Shown piece after piece: positions 1-12,047 of a DNA stretch of 64,000 bases. Position 1 is the stretch's first letter. Each line of letters opens with the position of its first letter. The notes beneath the pieces are model-generated. The model did not search any database, was not told the origin of the DNA, and saw only the letters and a list, made by a program, of their open reading frames with translations. The position numbers and the translations under genes were made by a program. Source of the DNA: Eledone cirrhosa (lineage: Eukaryota); contig OZ024745.1 in NCBI GenBank assembly GCA_964016885.1, positions 75,082,001 through 75,146,000 of the forward strand, given 5' to 3'.

Positions 1-300
1 CAATTCCAAGATATGACTGGTACTTGTTTGAAAAACGAATTCAATTATGAACCCAGAATACAAAAAATATGCAGTATCTGTTCTGGTTCTTTACATGCTG
101 AGTTCAAATTCTACCTAGGGATTAAAATCCCATTATAAGTGATTCTGAAAGCTGCAATGGATGGAAGAAGACTGTAGTCATCTGCTACTGCAATCAAACA
201 ATGATGAGACTGGGTTAGTTATTAAATGCATTGGTCATTGATACAAACAGTACTGAAATACAAACTCTCTATGCTTGTTAGTTTTGTCTTATAGTCAATC

Positions 301-590
301 TTCTTCTTTCCCTACTTATTCCTGAGAGGGTTGTTGGGGCAGAGTCCTCAAACACTCCTTCCAGCAAGTCTGGTCAGAAGCAACCATCTCCAATTGATCT
401 GGCTGGATTGTCAAGCGAGACCAGTCAATCTCATGGATGCTATCCAACCTTTTTGATGAGGGCCTATGCATGGGTCTCCTGCCCATTGGTTTTGCTCATA
501 AAATCTGTCCAGCGATTCTTTCCTGAGACATTCTAATTACATGTCCATAATATTGGAGCTGTGATCTCTCAATTTGAAGTAGTGGCTCTC
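301..590 (-). mobile_element. Degenerate 3' fragment of an older RTE-type LINE (family D)
   Basis: Clearly similar to 1615-1850, 8030-8590 and 26470-26845, which encode RTE C-terminal motifs (YGHVVRMSQER...RPRG.PRARWLDNI). Confidence 0.75.
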
Positions 591-864
591 CTTCATTATT
601 AAAATGGTAGCGTGGAATTTGAAGATTTGGTTGGTATTCCTAGGTTTACCGAAAATTTAGAGGCTCCATAGTTCAATTAATCTGAGGAAAAGGGGCAGTA
701 CCCCAAATCTTTCTACACCATTCCAAAATAGTTTGACTCTACGACAGAGAGGAGTGTGGGGGTTAAATCTGATGAACAAGTGTCTTATCCAGGGAGAATT
801 CTTGTACTTTCAGCAGTTAACACCACTGACACACCTATAATACACCTTTCCTGTCCAACTCATG

Positions 865-1180
865 CATTATCATCACCATTTTACGTCTGCCTTTCCCTGC
901 TTGCAAGGGTGGGGCATGCATACATGGCAAGCCAGACATGCCCCACACCGACTCTATTAGTGCTGGTGCCTTGACAAAAAGCACCCAGTAAAGTGGTAGT
1001 GGTGGTGCCACAATAAAGGCACTCTGTAAAGTGGTTGGCTTTAGGAAGGGCATCCAGCCATAGAAACCAAGCCCAAAACTGATCTCTACAAGACATGGTC
1101 ACCTGACTTGGCTAGCTTCATAATATGAAAATCCATCTAACCTATTCACACATGGAAAATACACATTAAGTGATGATGGT
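865..1180. repeat. Two divergently oriented RTE/SINE tail fragments
   Basis: 865-915 is the reverse complement of the RTE-B tail (cccacccttgcaagcagggaaag..gacgtaaaatg). 955-1180 (+) carries two 48-bp-type modules, TTAGGAAGGGCATCCAGC and an (ATG)n-like end. Confidence 0.65.
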
Positions 1181-1614
1181 GAGGTAAATGCAGCTTCTAC
1201 ATGGAAAATATGTACATGAGGACTTCTAAATGGTTGTAGTTTGAAAAGGACGAATTTGAAGATTTTTGTAAGTAGTTTAAGGTGATACCCAATATTAGAT
1301 GATGAGAGAAGCAGGAACATCAAATGGGTGCAGGTAACCAGTAAACTGTCATGATGAAAATCTTAAGCCTACATATTTCTTAATTTCTTTGTTAGTTTTT
1401 TACACCAGGGAAAATATAATACAAACCAATTTTAGTTTTGTCGGATAATGGGAAGTCTGAGAACTTCTTGATAGCAGCTGGTTTAATCTGAAATATAAAT
1501 ATAAATGACATTTTTTAGACTCATACCAAACGAAGATATGCTGTATTTGTAGATCTACTCAACCATAACATTGATGAAAAAGTAGATTATAATGATAATT
1601 ATGGCATGTTACTT

Positions 1615-1850
1615 CTTTGTTCACTTATTCCTGAAAGGGTTATAGGAGCAGAGTCCTCAAACACTCCTTCCAGTGGGTCCTGTCAGAAGCAACCATTTCC
1701 AACTGATCCAACTGGATCCTCATATGAGACCAACTGAGCTCATGGATGTTATCCAACCATCTTGCTCGGGGTGTACCCCTGGGTCTCCTGCTGGTTGGTT
1801 TTGCTCGTAAAACCTGTTCAGCAATTCTTTCCTGAGACATTCTAACCCCA
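1615..1850 (-). mobile_element. RTE family D 3' fragment
   Basis: ORF 1640-1840 MSQERIAEQVLRAKPTSRRPRGTPRARWLDNI is a typical RTE ORF C-terminus. Confidence 0.8.
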
Positions 1851-2167
1851 TATTTCTAATGTCAACATGTTTCAATTCATTTTGAAAATAATCAACAATT
1901 TGGAGGGATTTAGTATAAGTAACATTTTCATTATTAAACCAATGTTTGGAATGTAACTTAACAAGTTTTATATAAAATTATGTATAATAAAATCAGGGAG
2001 CTTTCAGGTGATTTGGTATCAAAAAGGTTAAATACAGTATAAAGTGTTTGTGAGCTAAATGGGTGAATACACGTTCATGAGTCAAGTGTTCAATGCTTGT
2101 GAATATATATCAATTTCTTTTGAAATTTTCGATAGAGCAGATTAAGACAATAGATCTCAAATCAAGA

Positions 2168-2345
2168 AAATGAAAATATCTTGTCCGATTCACCGGACTC
2201 ATTGAGTATACAGAGTTAGAGTTGGGGTTCATAAACAATGTGATTAAGATTAGGTTAGAGTTCCCTCTTCGACTTGTGTATATAGTGTGTGTGAGCAGCG
2301 CATACAAAAGAAATCTGGTGAACCGGACGAAATATTTTCGTTTTT
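2168..2345. repeat. Imperfect ~31-bp inverted repeat with ~115-bp spacer
   Basis: aaaatgaaaatatcttgtccgattcaccgga (2168-2198) vs tctggtgaaccggacgaaatattttcgtttt (2314-2344). The left part also resembles 34375-34428. Confidence 0.55.
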
Positions 2346-2482
2346 TCTAAACGATACCCAGAAATAAACACAAAAACTGTTAGTACAGATTAATTTCAGA
2401 ATAAAGAATGTCTAAATCAATATATAATAACAATGGATAGTCAATAACAAAACTGAAATCACAAGATATATTAATACTTTAC

Positions 2483-2671
2483 CTTATCATATTTTTTTTT
2501 TAGACAAGTGATTTCTGAGTCAATATCTTTAGCAGAGTGCGATGGCGCTAGTAATTCTTTTCGTTTTTTCTCTCCTTTCTTACCAGAAAATTCTTTGTCT
2601 TTCGGTCTTTTGTCCCGTGAATATTTTTTATGTTGAAACATTCCAACACCTGTTTTTCGATCAGGAAACAT
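2483..2671 (-). CDS. Possible Lys-rich coding exon of an unidentified host gene
   Basis: Non-repetitive open frame MFPDRK...KKKYDK ending at a plausible donor AAG|GTAAAG (2482). No recognised homology. Confidence 0.2.
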
Positions 2672-2781
2672 TTTTGGTTTAAGAAAACAAACTCACGTGT
2701 ACCAAGACATTTATACAAAAGAGTGTTACTTTAAAGGGAAGTAATGACGATGTGTACACTTTTTGCTCCTCGTTTTTTAGT

Positions 2782-2975
2782 AGCGATGGATTGGCAAACA
2801 TCGTTAGCGTGTCGGACAAATATTCTTTGCTGCATTTGTACCGGCTCATTATATTCTGAGTTCAAATCTTACCGAGGTCATCATTGCTTTTCATAATTAC
2901 GAGGTCGATAAAATAAAGTACCAGTCAAGTACTAGGGTCGAGTTAATCGACATTGCTGGACTTGTGCCATCAACT
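2782..2975 (+). mobile_element. tRNA-related SINE, family 2
   Basis: B-box-like CTGAGTTCAAATC followed by a core gaggtca..ttgcttttcat..gaggtcgataaaataaagtaccag shared with >=8 other copies in the window. Confidence 0.8.
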
Positions 2976-2989
2976 ACATGATAAAGGGA

Positions 2990-5900
2990 CTTTTATTTAT
3001 TCGACAAATTTCAATTCGGTTATATAATGTTTGCAATAACAAAAAGAAAAAGAAAGAGGGAAAAAAATTAAATAACGAAAGTAAGGAAAGGGTTTAGGGG
3101 AAGGGAAGGCAGAAAGGCAATGTTTAAATAAAAGAAGAGAGAAAAAAAAACTGTGTGGAAACTTAAGAAGGAATACCAAACAGTACTAAAACAAACAAAT
3201 CCTCGTTTAAAACAGTAAAGAAAATGTAAAAGAAGGGGTGAACAACCGAGCAGAAGACAGCAGCGAGGAGTACTGGGCGACCTTTCTAATGACTTTTGAG
3301 GCAAGCCTGCACACTCGCAGCGTTGCCTCGGGTGATGGCGAAGCTAATGCGCTGGAACTGCCAAGCGCCCTCGCGAGATTCACCAGTTACCTCTATTAGG
3401 CGAGCCGCCAGTGTAGAGAGGAACCTTGCAGTCAGCGGCCCGACTCCCCTAAACGTCTCGAATGCGACAGACTGAAAAAGGTAGCTGGCCGACAGATCAG
3501 AGTATTTGAGGGTCTTACTCCGCTCGGCTGCGGAAGCTGTGGCTCTCGTCCTAACCGCAGTATCCAGGATGTTGGAGAGAGCAAAAGAGTCACTAACAGT
3601 AACGTCCCAGACAAGGCACCTGCCTCTCGACCAGAGACAAAGGGTAAGGCCATCGGGTCTTTTGCCGTCACTTCTGGACAACCCAGATGGTTCCAAGACT
3701 GAGGGGATGTTCGCCCGGGCCAAAGCTCTCTTGAGGATGAGGTTTAGCTCCGTGTGACGTGCGAAGCGGCCGGCATTCAGGCGGCAAGAATGACCGTGGA
3801 GGCCTATGGAGTCGAGGAGTTTGCCGCATCGGCACCTTAAACCCATGCAGACGTCAGCTCCCACTCTGAAGACGATGGGGACACGAAGTTCGCCCAGGCT
3901 GAGTAGGCCACCGACGTTGGCCACGGGTAGGGCATCAACCCAGTCGCCTGAGTATTTGGCGCTGGCAGATAGTAAGCGGCATCTTGCAAACTGATCTGAC
4001 TGGACGAAGAGGGAGTCGAAGGTGGCCTTCGAACTTATGCTGTCCCAAGTTCTCTGATGTCGACTATCCTCCACCTTCTCAGGAAGAGACAATCCCAACT
4101 CACTCCATTGCTGGAGAGCTTCACCCAACTTCCTGTTGGAACTAGTCCATGCTGGAGAGGATGCTGCTCACCAGGGTGGAGCAAGCGTAGGTGGAGGAAA
4201 GGAAGCATGGGGAGAGATAGGGACGAATAGTTACGAAGACCAAGACCCCCAAATCGCTTGGGCAACGCAGCCTGATCGCGGGACTCTGGAGAGAGTTTAA
4301 CATTGACCAGGCACTCGAGTCTCTCGAAGATTAGGTCGTCGAAGCGTTGGAGGCAGGACGGAAATCTGTGAGAGGGGCTGACCCTGAGCAGATACAGAAG
4401 CTTGGGAATAGATAGGTAGTTCCTGAATATGAAGAAACCTTGATGGGGTTCGATAACCTCAACATTCTTCAGCAGCTGCTCAAGGCCAACCATCTTCGAT
4501 TGGAAGATTAGCTCGAAGGCAAGGTCTGTGATTGGGGCTCCTAAGGAGCAACAAGCCGACAAGGGAGGGACCGCGATGGAAGAGAAGGACTCTGTAAACA
4601 GGTCGATTAGCTGTTGATGTTGAGAAGCCGGGTGGTTGAGGATCCAGAGCTCACATTTGGAGCTATTGACCTGGAGACCCCGGCGGCCAAGCTCCTCAAC
4701 CATCTTGCTGGCAGTGGCGAGAACCATATCCGGAGCCCCCCCCCCCCCCAAACAGGCGTCGTCGAGGTACCAAACATTGAGGTCCAACTCAACCCCATCT
4801 TGGTGACGTCATCAATGTCCAGTGCAAACAGAGCGGGCTCGAGTGGGTCACCCTGCTGGACTCCTGAGGCTGAGGTGATGATTTGGTTACCGAAAGAGAG
4901 GTAGGAGGGCTCTCGATAAGCCTGCCAAGCAAAGTGATAGAGTTGTGGGACCCTCTCTCTTACTGAGCCGAAGGCGATGTCACGGCTGACGGAGTTAAAG
5001 GCGTTCCTGAGGTCAAGTTTGAGGATGACCTTGGGGGACGAGGAGGGCAAGTTGGTAAATGATCTGGTAGCGTGGACAGCAGCCTCACATCCAAACTTGG
5101 TACCCACCCCCAGCTGGATGGGGGTGAATTCCTCCACAAGTGAGGCGGCGAAGGGTGCAGCCAATCGCAATGGGGCGCAGGTCTCCGTTGGGCTTGGTGA
5201 GACCAAATAGCTTCGCACCGAAGAACAGTGGGCGGATGAACGGGAGAACGTTCACTGAAGAGAACTGATTCACAAACTTAGTCAAACTCTCCAAGAGCTC
5301 GAGTCCGGCGTCACCGGCCGATAAGGAGATACCATCTTTGAGGTGTTGAGGACGAAGGCCGTCAATTCCCGCGCCTGACCCAGCGGGGAAGGATGAAATC
5401 GCCTTTCTGATGATATCGATGGTGTAAACCGGTCTCGAGTATTCTGGTGGTTCAGGCCAGTGTAGCTGATCATCTGGGGGTGCCAATGGGTGCTTCTCTT
5501 TCAGACACTCAAGAGAATCAGAGTTACACGGAGCAAGGGAGGATAGAGAAGAGAGGAGACGGACAGCCCCTTTAATGTCAAATTCGCTGAATTTGGCATT
5601 GACCGCTCACTTGAGGTCTAGCTCGATGTCGAACTGAGATGAGATGTGGTTGAGGTGGACTCAAACAGCTGGAACTGCCGCTTGAGAGAGGACGTGAGGG
5701 AACCCGATTTCGCATTGTGAAAGGAAACAAAAACAATTTCTGCCAGTCAGACCTATTGTTGGACGAGCAAACGTTTTTCAATAAATTAGAGAGGGCACGT
5801 GCAAAGCTATTCCGAGCTCCCTTAGGGATCCGGTTAACGAGCTTAGATTTGGAGAAAACCTAGAGAGCTGTGGCAAAGTCCTCGGTAGAGAATTGGTCAT

Positions 5901-6680
5901 CGAAGCGTGGGACTTCCCCACGGAATACATCGGAGCTGAAGTGGCACCGATTACAGGTCCAGTATTGAACCTTTCGGCTTGAGCTTTGGTGATGCCGACA
6001 CAGCTTCTGTGGTAGCTTGCGTAGCATAGGTGACATTTAATTGTCTTTAAGTACCGGCTAGTGCAGGCACAGAGAGTGCAATCAGGTGATGGGCTGGCAG
6101 CAGCCGGCTGTAGAGGGCCAGCGTTGGAATTCGGTGGAGTGAGTGAGTCAGTAAAGGAGGCAGCAGTGGTTCTAACGGTGGGACTAGAGCGGAGGTTGGG
6201 TGGTGGGCTAACAGTTGTAGGGGTGGTGGGGTTGGCCGGGTTGAATTCGCTCGGAATCTGCGGTGAAGGGGAGGAGAGGGTAGGTGGGGACAAGTTAGCT
6301 CCTCTCGAAGGCTGACCGGTTGTCACATAGTCGTTCCACGAACCCGGTCTCTTGGTCATGCCACCGCTACCTAGAGTGAACTAGGTTAAAGTGGAGGCAA
6401 CTTTATCAATCGGCAATCACCGGTAATAGTTCGATCGAAACACCGGGCCACCAACGGGTTGAACGAAGACATAGGTGGACTGTGCGCGAAGACGAAGTAA
6501 GGGGTGAGCAGAGGGAGGGATAGAAAGTGGAGAAGGAGGAAGAAGATTATGAGTACGTGGAGAGGAGTGTGGGCATGTGAGAGGCAGGTAAATACAATGG
6601 AAGAGAAAGAGCAATGAACATGCAAAGAGAAGGAAAATAAAAACGTTAGAAGTACAAAAGGAACCGTTAAATCTCCAATT
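2990..6680 (-). mobile_element. CRE-like non-LTR retrotransposon (PHD-RT-REL), decayed by frameshifts
   Basis: GC-rich island containing the PHD/RT/REL fragments listed in the next feature, followed by a pyrimidine-rich 3' UTR ending near AATAAA (~2992-2997, - strand). Outer boundaries approximate. Confidence 0.85.
3286..6359 (-). pseudogene. Frameshifted single ORF: PHD finger, reverse transcriptase, CCHC knuckle, restriction-like endonuclease
   Basis: PHD CTLC..KCHLCYASYHRSC..(frameshift)WTCNRC. RT motifs LRPIAIGCTLRRL, QLGVG..GCEA, LDLRNAFN, GVQQGDPL, WYLDD. Zn knuckle CRC..H.HSC, RH..LN, KRPDG..WDVTV, K..KY, FET. Confidence 0.9.
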
Positions 6681-6959
6681 TTTGGTTGCGGATGGAAGAC
6701 AAAATAATTTCTTTAACTGTTTATTCCTCCATGTTTATTAATTTAGTGGTTTATTTGTTAAATTCCAATCCTTGCCAATCTTTGATATTCAAATTTTCTC
6801 CACAAAATGTAAAAATAAATAAACAGGTAAACAGTTTTTATAAAGAAGTACTAGAAATATACTATTATTCCTAATGTTGAGTGGAACAAACGAAGGATAC
6901 ACAACGTGCAAGAAATAACAGCCAATTTTCCCTAAAATCGCACCCTTCTGTCAACATTA

Positions 6960-7145
6960 TGTGAATTAGCAGTATCGATAGAGGGTTGGACGCCATGCTT
7001 TCTAGCATAGTTACGTCCCTTTACTGTTTGAGTTAAAATCCCGTCGAGGTTAACTTTGCCTTACATCCTTACGGGGTCGATAAAATAAAGTACCAGTAAT
7101 GCACTGAAATATTGCTGGCCTCGTGCCAAAAGTAGAAACAGTTAT
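6960..7145 (+). mobile_element. SINE family 2
   Basis: Same head and core as the 42219-42405 copy (gaggttaactttgcc..catccttacggggtcgataaaataaagtaccag). Confidence 0.8.
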
Positions 7146-8029
7146 TTAAGGAACGTTGGTCAAATTAACAGTCAAAGGGAAATAAATCTTGATACACACA
7201 GTAAGAAGGCCTGGCATGACTTATTTCCCTTTCATCTATATGTGCTTTTTAAAAAATCGTAACCAAATTTATTTCAAATAACAACACTACAGATGTTTAA
7301 AAACGGAAAATGAACGAAAGGGCAAGGGCTCTAGGGTCACAGAAGAATTGGAAGGGGAACTCACACGAGCAACTGACGTTCCGATCTAGCGAAGGAGCTC
7401 GGTAATAAGTGGTCCAAGTACGCCTGAAGTCTCGACTGCGACCGGTGCGAAGAGGAAGCGGCCGGATAATTTAGATATACAAAAATATTAGATGGGCACA
7501 GTTGGAACGCTTTTTTGTTTCATATGTCTGCTCGCTCATGGCAGACCTAGTGCTAAATAACAACATTAAGTTGTCAAGAGTTATTTTGAGCTATCAAGGG
7601 GTGTTGTGGCTTGGCGAAATAAACCCTTTTACACATGCATAGATATACATAAAGTATACCTTCCACTTGTGGGCAATACACGACTGAATAAATGGTTAGA
7701 ATGTTTACTTCGCAATCATAAGAGCAAATGACATTTAGCCTTGGGTCAACCCAATCGTTGTGATGAATTGATGGTCGTTTTCGTCCCCCTCCTTTTTTTC
7801 TTTCTCTCGCTCCGGACATGTATTTTCATATTTCATAATTAATCAAAATTATGGAACTACAATTTGAGAGCACATGATGACAACATTATGTGGTTTTACC
7901 ATAGAGAGTAATATATATGAACCTGTAAGAAATTGGTTATGCCCTGAAAAATGGATATACACACACACACACCCACACACATACACAAACAGCTTCCTCA
8001 AAGTTTCCCCTCCCAAATTAGTAGAAAAC

Positions 8030-8590
8030 AAGAATTACAGGAGCTGATGCAGTAATGTGCCAGCTTCAGTATTCAGTAATCAGAAGAAGGGAGGTAGTTG
8101 AAAAAGCCAAACTCACTATCTTCAATTCGGTATTTGTGACAACCCTTACCTATGGTCTTGAATATTGGGTACTGACTGGAAGTATACGATCGCAAATACA
8201 AGAAGCTGAAATAGGGTTTCTCCCAATGGCTTTTGGAGTAACGTTACTCAATGGAGTGCCTAGCTCAGTGATCAGAGAGTTACTCCAGGTAGAGCTATTA
8301 CTTCTCTGAATTAAGAGATCACAGCTCCGCTACTATGGGCATGTGGTTAGAATGTCTCAAGAAAGAATGGCTGGACAGATTTTATGGGCAAACTAGCTGG
8401 CAGGAGACCCAGGGGTAGACCCTGAGCAAGATGGTTGGATAACATCCATGAGCTTGGATGGTCTTGCTTGGGGATCCAGCCGGATCAGTTGGAGATGGTT
8501 GCTTCTGATAGGACCTGGTGGAAGGAGTGTTTGAGGACTCTGCCCCCATGACCCTCTCAGGAATAAGTGGGTGAAGAATAAGAAGACATT
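8030..8590 (+). mobile_element. RTE family D 3' fragment
   Basis: KAKLTIFNSVFVTTLTYGLEYW...QEAEIGFL followed by an interrupted QLRYYGHVVRM..RPRGRP segment. Confidence 0.8.
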
Positions 8591-8837
8591 AGTCCAAGCT
8601 GAACTCCTTTACCTAATTCTGTATATCTATATTTATATTTATATTTGTATATTTATATATTTGTTTGTATGCATATATAAGTGTATGTGGTGTGTGTTTG
8701 CTATGTATATAATAACATGTGTGTGTGTATGAATGTGTGTGTGTGTTAGGTATGTATATATGTGTGTATGTGTATTTTTATTTATATATACATACAGTAT
8801 ATGTTTGTTTGTGGGTGGATATATATATATATATATA

Positions 8838-9235
8838 TAAAAATACGTATTTAAGAAAGCCACAACAATGCAAAGGGAAATCTCGAGGTAGGAAGTGAAA
8901 TATAGATAGGAAAAAACAGGTGAAAGTGAAAATTGAGAGAGACAAAGATGAAAACAAAACAAAGGTAGAAGGGTTACCGTAGTAGAGATTTAATCCCAGT
9001 TCCAAAGGGGGGGAACAGGCTGTTCCCCCCCTTTTGGAACTTTTCCACCGTTGATGGGCGTGAGCCCGAAATATTGGGATTAAATCTCTACTACGGTAAC
9101 CCTTCTACCTTTGTTTTGTTTTCATCTTTGTCTCTCTCAATTTTCACTTTCACCTGTTTTTTCCTATCTATATTTCACTTCCTACCTCGAGATTTCCCTT
9201 TGCATTGTTGTGGCTTTCTTAAATACGTATTTTTA
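8838..9235. repeat. Perfect 161-bp inverted repeat enclosing a hairpin and a degenerate hammerhead-like motif
   Basis: 8838-8998 is the reverse complement of 9075-9235. The spacer holds hairpin 8998-9041 and ccgttga-t-GGGC-gtga-GCCC-GAAA-tatt. Confidence 0.9.
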
Positions 9236-9326
9236 CACATTTCACAATGCTTCAAGCAAACTTTAACACCCTCATATATATATATATATATATACACCCA
9301 CCAACCCACAAACAAATATATGTGTA

Positions 9327-9372
<46 letters not shown>

Positions 9373-9589
9373 GCCTATATCTTGCTTGAGTCATAGCAAT
9401 ATCTCAAATGTTCGCTGTTTGACTCTACTGGAATTCAATGTCACTACTGGAGGGAGTGGGAGGGTATACTAGAAGGAGTAAGTGTATAGATAAAGGCGTA
9501 ATGTAGTTAACACTCTGAAACAATAAACAAGTCAAATACTATCACACCCTACATGGTGATTTGTACTACAGGTACACACACATAGATAT

Positions 9590-9596
9590 ATGTATG

Positions 9597-9655
<59 letters not shown>

Positions 9656-9683
9656 ATATATATATATATATATACATACATAC

Positions 9684-9731
<48 letters not shown>

Positions 9732-9735
9732 CTAT
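9590..9735. repeat. (TA)n-rich microsatellite; many similar tracts (e.g. 15580-15665, 17203-17370, 50048-50100, 50352-50406, 52018-52086, 63781-64000)
   Basis: Direct observation. Confidence 0.95.
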
Positions 9736-10329
9736 GTGTGTGTACCTGTAGTACAAATCGCCATATATTTTTTATACTTAGCAATAAGTCTGTTCAAACA
9801 TATTGATAAATTAAGTATTACAAGGGTTAAGAAAGCCATTGTTTTCTCATTAAAGTTTCATTACTTATCAATCGAAACAATGTTTTTTTTACGTCAGAAA
9901 CAAGTGTTTCAATCTTTCATTTGATAACTCGTAAAGTGATGCCCGGGAGGGTGTTTGGTTGTTTTAGCGTCTTAGCCTTGCCATCAACTATGGTAATCCT
10001 ACCAGCATGTTGGCTTCCTTCAAAATTTTCCATTGACCCTTGTGGTGTGTGTCCGATTGTCACACTTGATGGTGAATTGATGGTTGTTTTTTATTTCTTT
10101 TTCTCTTTCTCTCACTTTGATAATATATTTTTGAGGTTCCTAGCAATAATTAATTGTATTTATTTAATAACTCTCTATATTTGTTTATTCCTTTATTAAA
10201 ACAAAGATATCTTCCAACTAATCTCCAATAATCTGCAGAATTTTTTACCGGCAAATCAGCTATATATTTTATATTTATCTACACAACCCACATATAAATA
10301 CACATTGAAGAGCAAATACAGATACAAAT

Positions 10330-10660
10330 GGAGGCACATGGCTTAGTGGTTAGAGCATTGGCCTTGCAATCAAAAGGTTGTGAGTTCAATTCTCAGACCG
10401 GGTGATGTGTTGTTTCCTTGAGCAAGACACTTTATTTCACATTGTTCCAGTTTACTCAGCTGTAGAAATGAGATGATAGGGACCTCTGTAAAGTGGTTGT
10501 GGAGGTGCCACGGCAAAAAAGCACCCAGCACTCACTGTAAATGAGGTTGGTGTTAGGAAGGGCATCCAGCTGTAGAAATCAAGCCAGAATCAGTTCCCGT
10601 CCCACCCTTGCAAGCAGGGAAAAGCGGACGTAAAATGAAATGATGATGAAATGATGATGT
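10330..10660 (+). mobile_element. tRNA-derived SINE family 1 (CORE-like body, RTE-derived tail)
   Basis: A box TGGCTTAGTGG, B box GAGTTCAATTC, CORE-like ccttgagcaagacactt. 3' end cccgtcccacccttgcaagcagggaaaagcggacgtaaaatg matches the RTE-B 3' end at 38726-38767. Confidence 0.9.
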
Positions 10661-11547
10661 ACATATTCACACACATACACACACATATTTTCACCATATG
10701 TCTTTACAAACTCATTTATATATATATGTCACACCCACACAAACATATTAACACAAATATAAGCACATACCTGTGCATAAATATACTTACATACACACAC
10801 AAATACACAAGCATAGAATTAGCAGAATTGTGAGAATGTAAGACAAAATAGCTTATGGTATTTATTCTGACTCTCTGCACTTGTCTACTTGAAGTAGTTT
10901 AAATGAAATGTTAATAGCATCAATCTTTCTGGTCTCAGAAGGCCTGCAATGTCTATGGGCTCAGAATTAGCTAAAAAAATGAATACATGCACACATACAT
11001 AATGGCTGCAACTCAATTTCGAGTAATGTCATCGCTTGATACTTATGCATAAGCATCACAAACATGGTTTTTTAGTTCTGCATCACAAAAAATGTCACAT
11101 ATCAAGCAATGCCTGTGCTTGAAGCTTTTTTAAGTGAGGAAAGGCTTTGCATGGGGCCAATCCCACTCTCTAAACATCGAATTCATTTGCCGCAAAAGAA
11201 GAATTAGTCTACATCATTAGATGCAAATAAAGTCGCAAGTTTTATATCAGAGTTACTTTCTCCTAGGGAGATGTCTTAATGAAGACTAGGAGTCTCTAGC
11301 TTCACAAAAAAAAGAAAATGTCTGGTCGCTCTTCAGCGTTACTGGTAACATGTAACCTGGTATAGTTTGTACATAGTTGAGTCATCGGAAACTAAACTGG
11401 CAACCCGACTAAGCTTGCTTGGTGAATGGGGGGTGGGGGGGTGGGGTGATTTTCGACACTCTGTGGAATGAAAAACAAAAACCGTCAAAAGGCAGAGGAA
11501 CTCAGGAGAGACAACAGCCAGCCAATAAAAAAACATACATACATACA

Positions 11548-12003
11548 ATCATCATCATCATCATCATTTAACGTCTATCTTCCACACCAGTATGGGTTAG
11601 ATGGGTTTGTCCCATTTGAGGTAAGTTGGGTCGGGTAACTGTGTCTTGCTCATATAGGACTGTATCTGGCTGGTTTACTATGACTGGATGCCATTCCTAA
11701 TACCAACCACATTTACAGTGTGTGCTGGGTGCTTTTTGTCGTGACATCTACATGTGGGCTGGATGCTTTGTGATACCAACATAACTTTACAGAGTAAGGG
11801 TGGTGTGGGCAGAAATGAGAGGGAGGTGTAGGGGCTTGGGGGGTGTATATTTAAGAAGTGCCTACTGAGTGTAAGTTTAAGTCCATGAGCAAGGGAAGGC
11901 GGGTCTTCTGTATTACTGCATAGCACCAAAGATCTCGATCCTGTGTCATTGTCTTAGAGAGATGCAAGTGTGCAAGGTCAGCTTTTATCACCTCATCCCA
12001 GGA
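11548..12003 (-). mobile_element. 5'-truncated RTE 3' end
   Basis: SWDEVIKADLAHLHLSKTMTQDRDLW, then a 3' UTR and (CAT)n tail. Confidence 0.85.
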
Positions 12004-12005
12004 CT

Positions 12006-12045
<40 letters not shown>

Positions 12046-12047
<2 letters not shown>

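Noticed and set aside
9532-9924. ORFs rich in YI/IY (also near 17100, 50000, 63300-63930)
   Set aside because: Translations of (TA)n microsatellites.
10330-10400. tRNA gene
   Set aside because: A/B boxes are present but there is no complete cloverleaf, and the sequence continues into a SINE body and tail.
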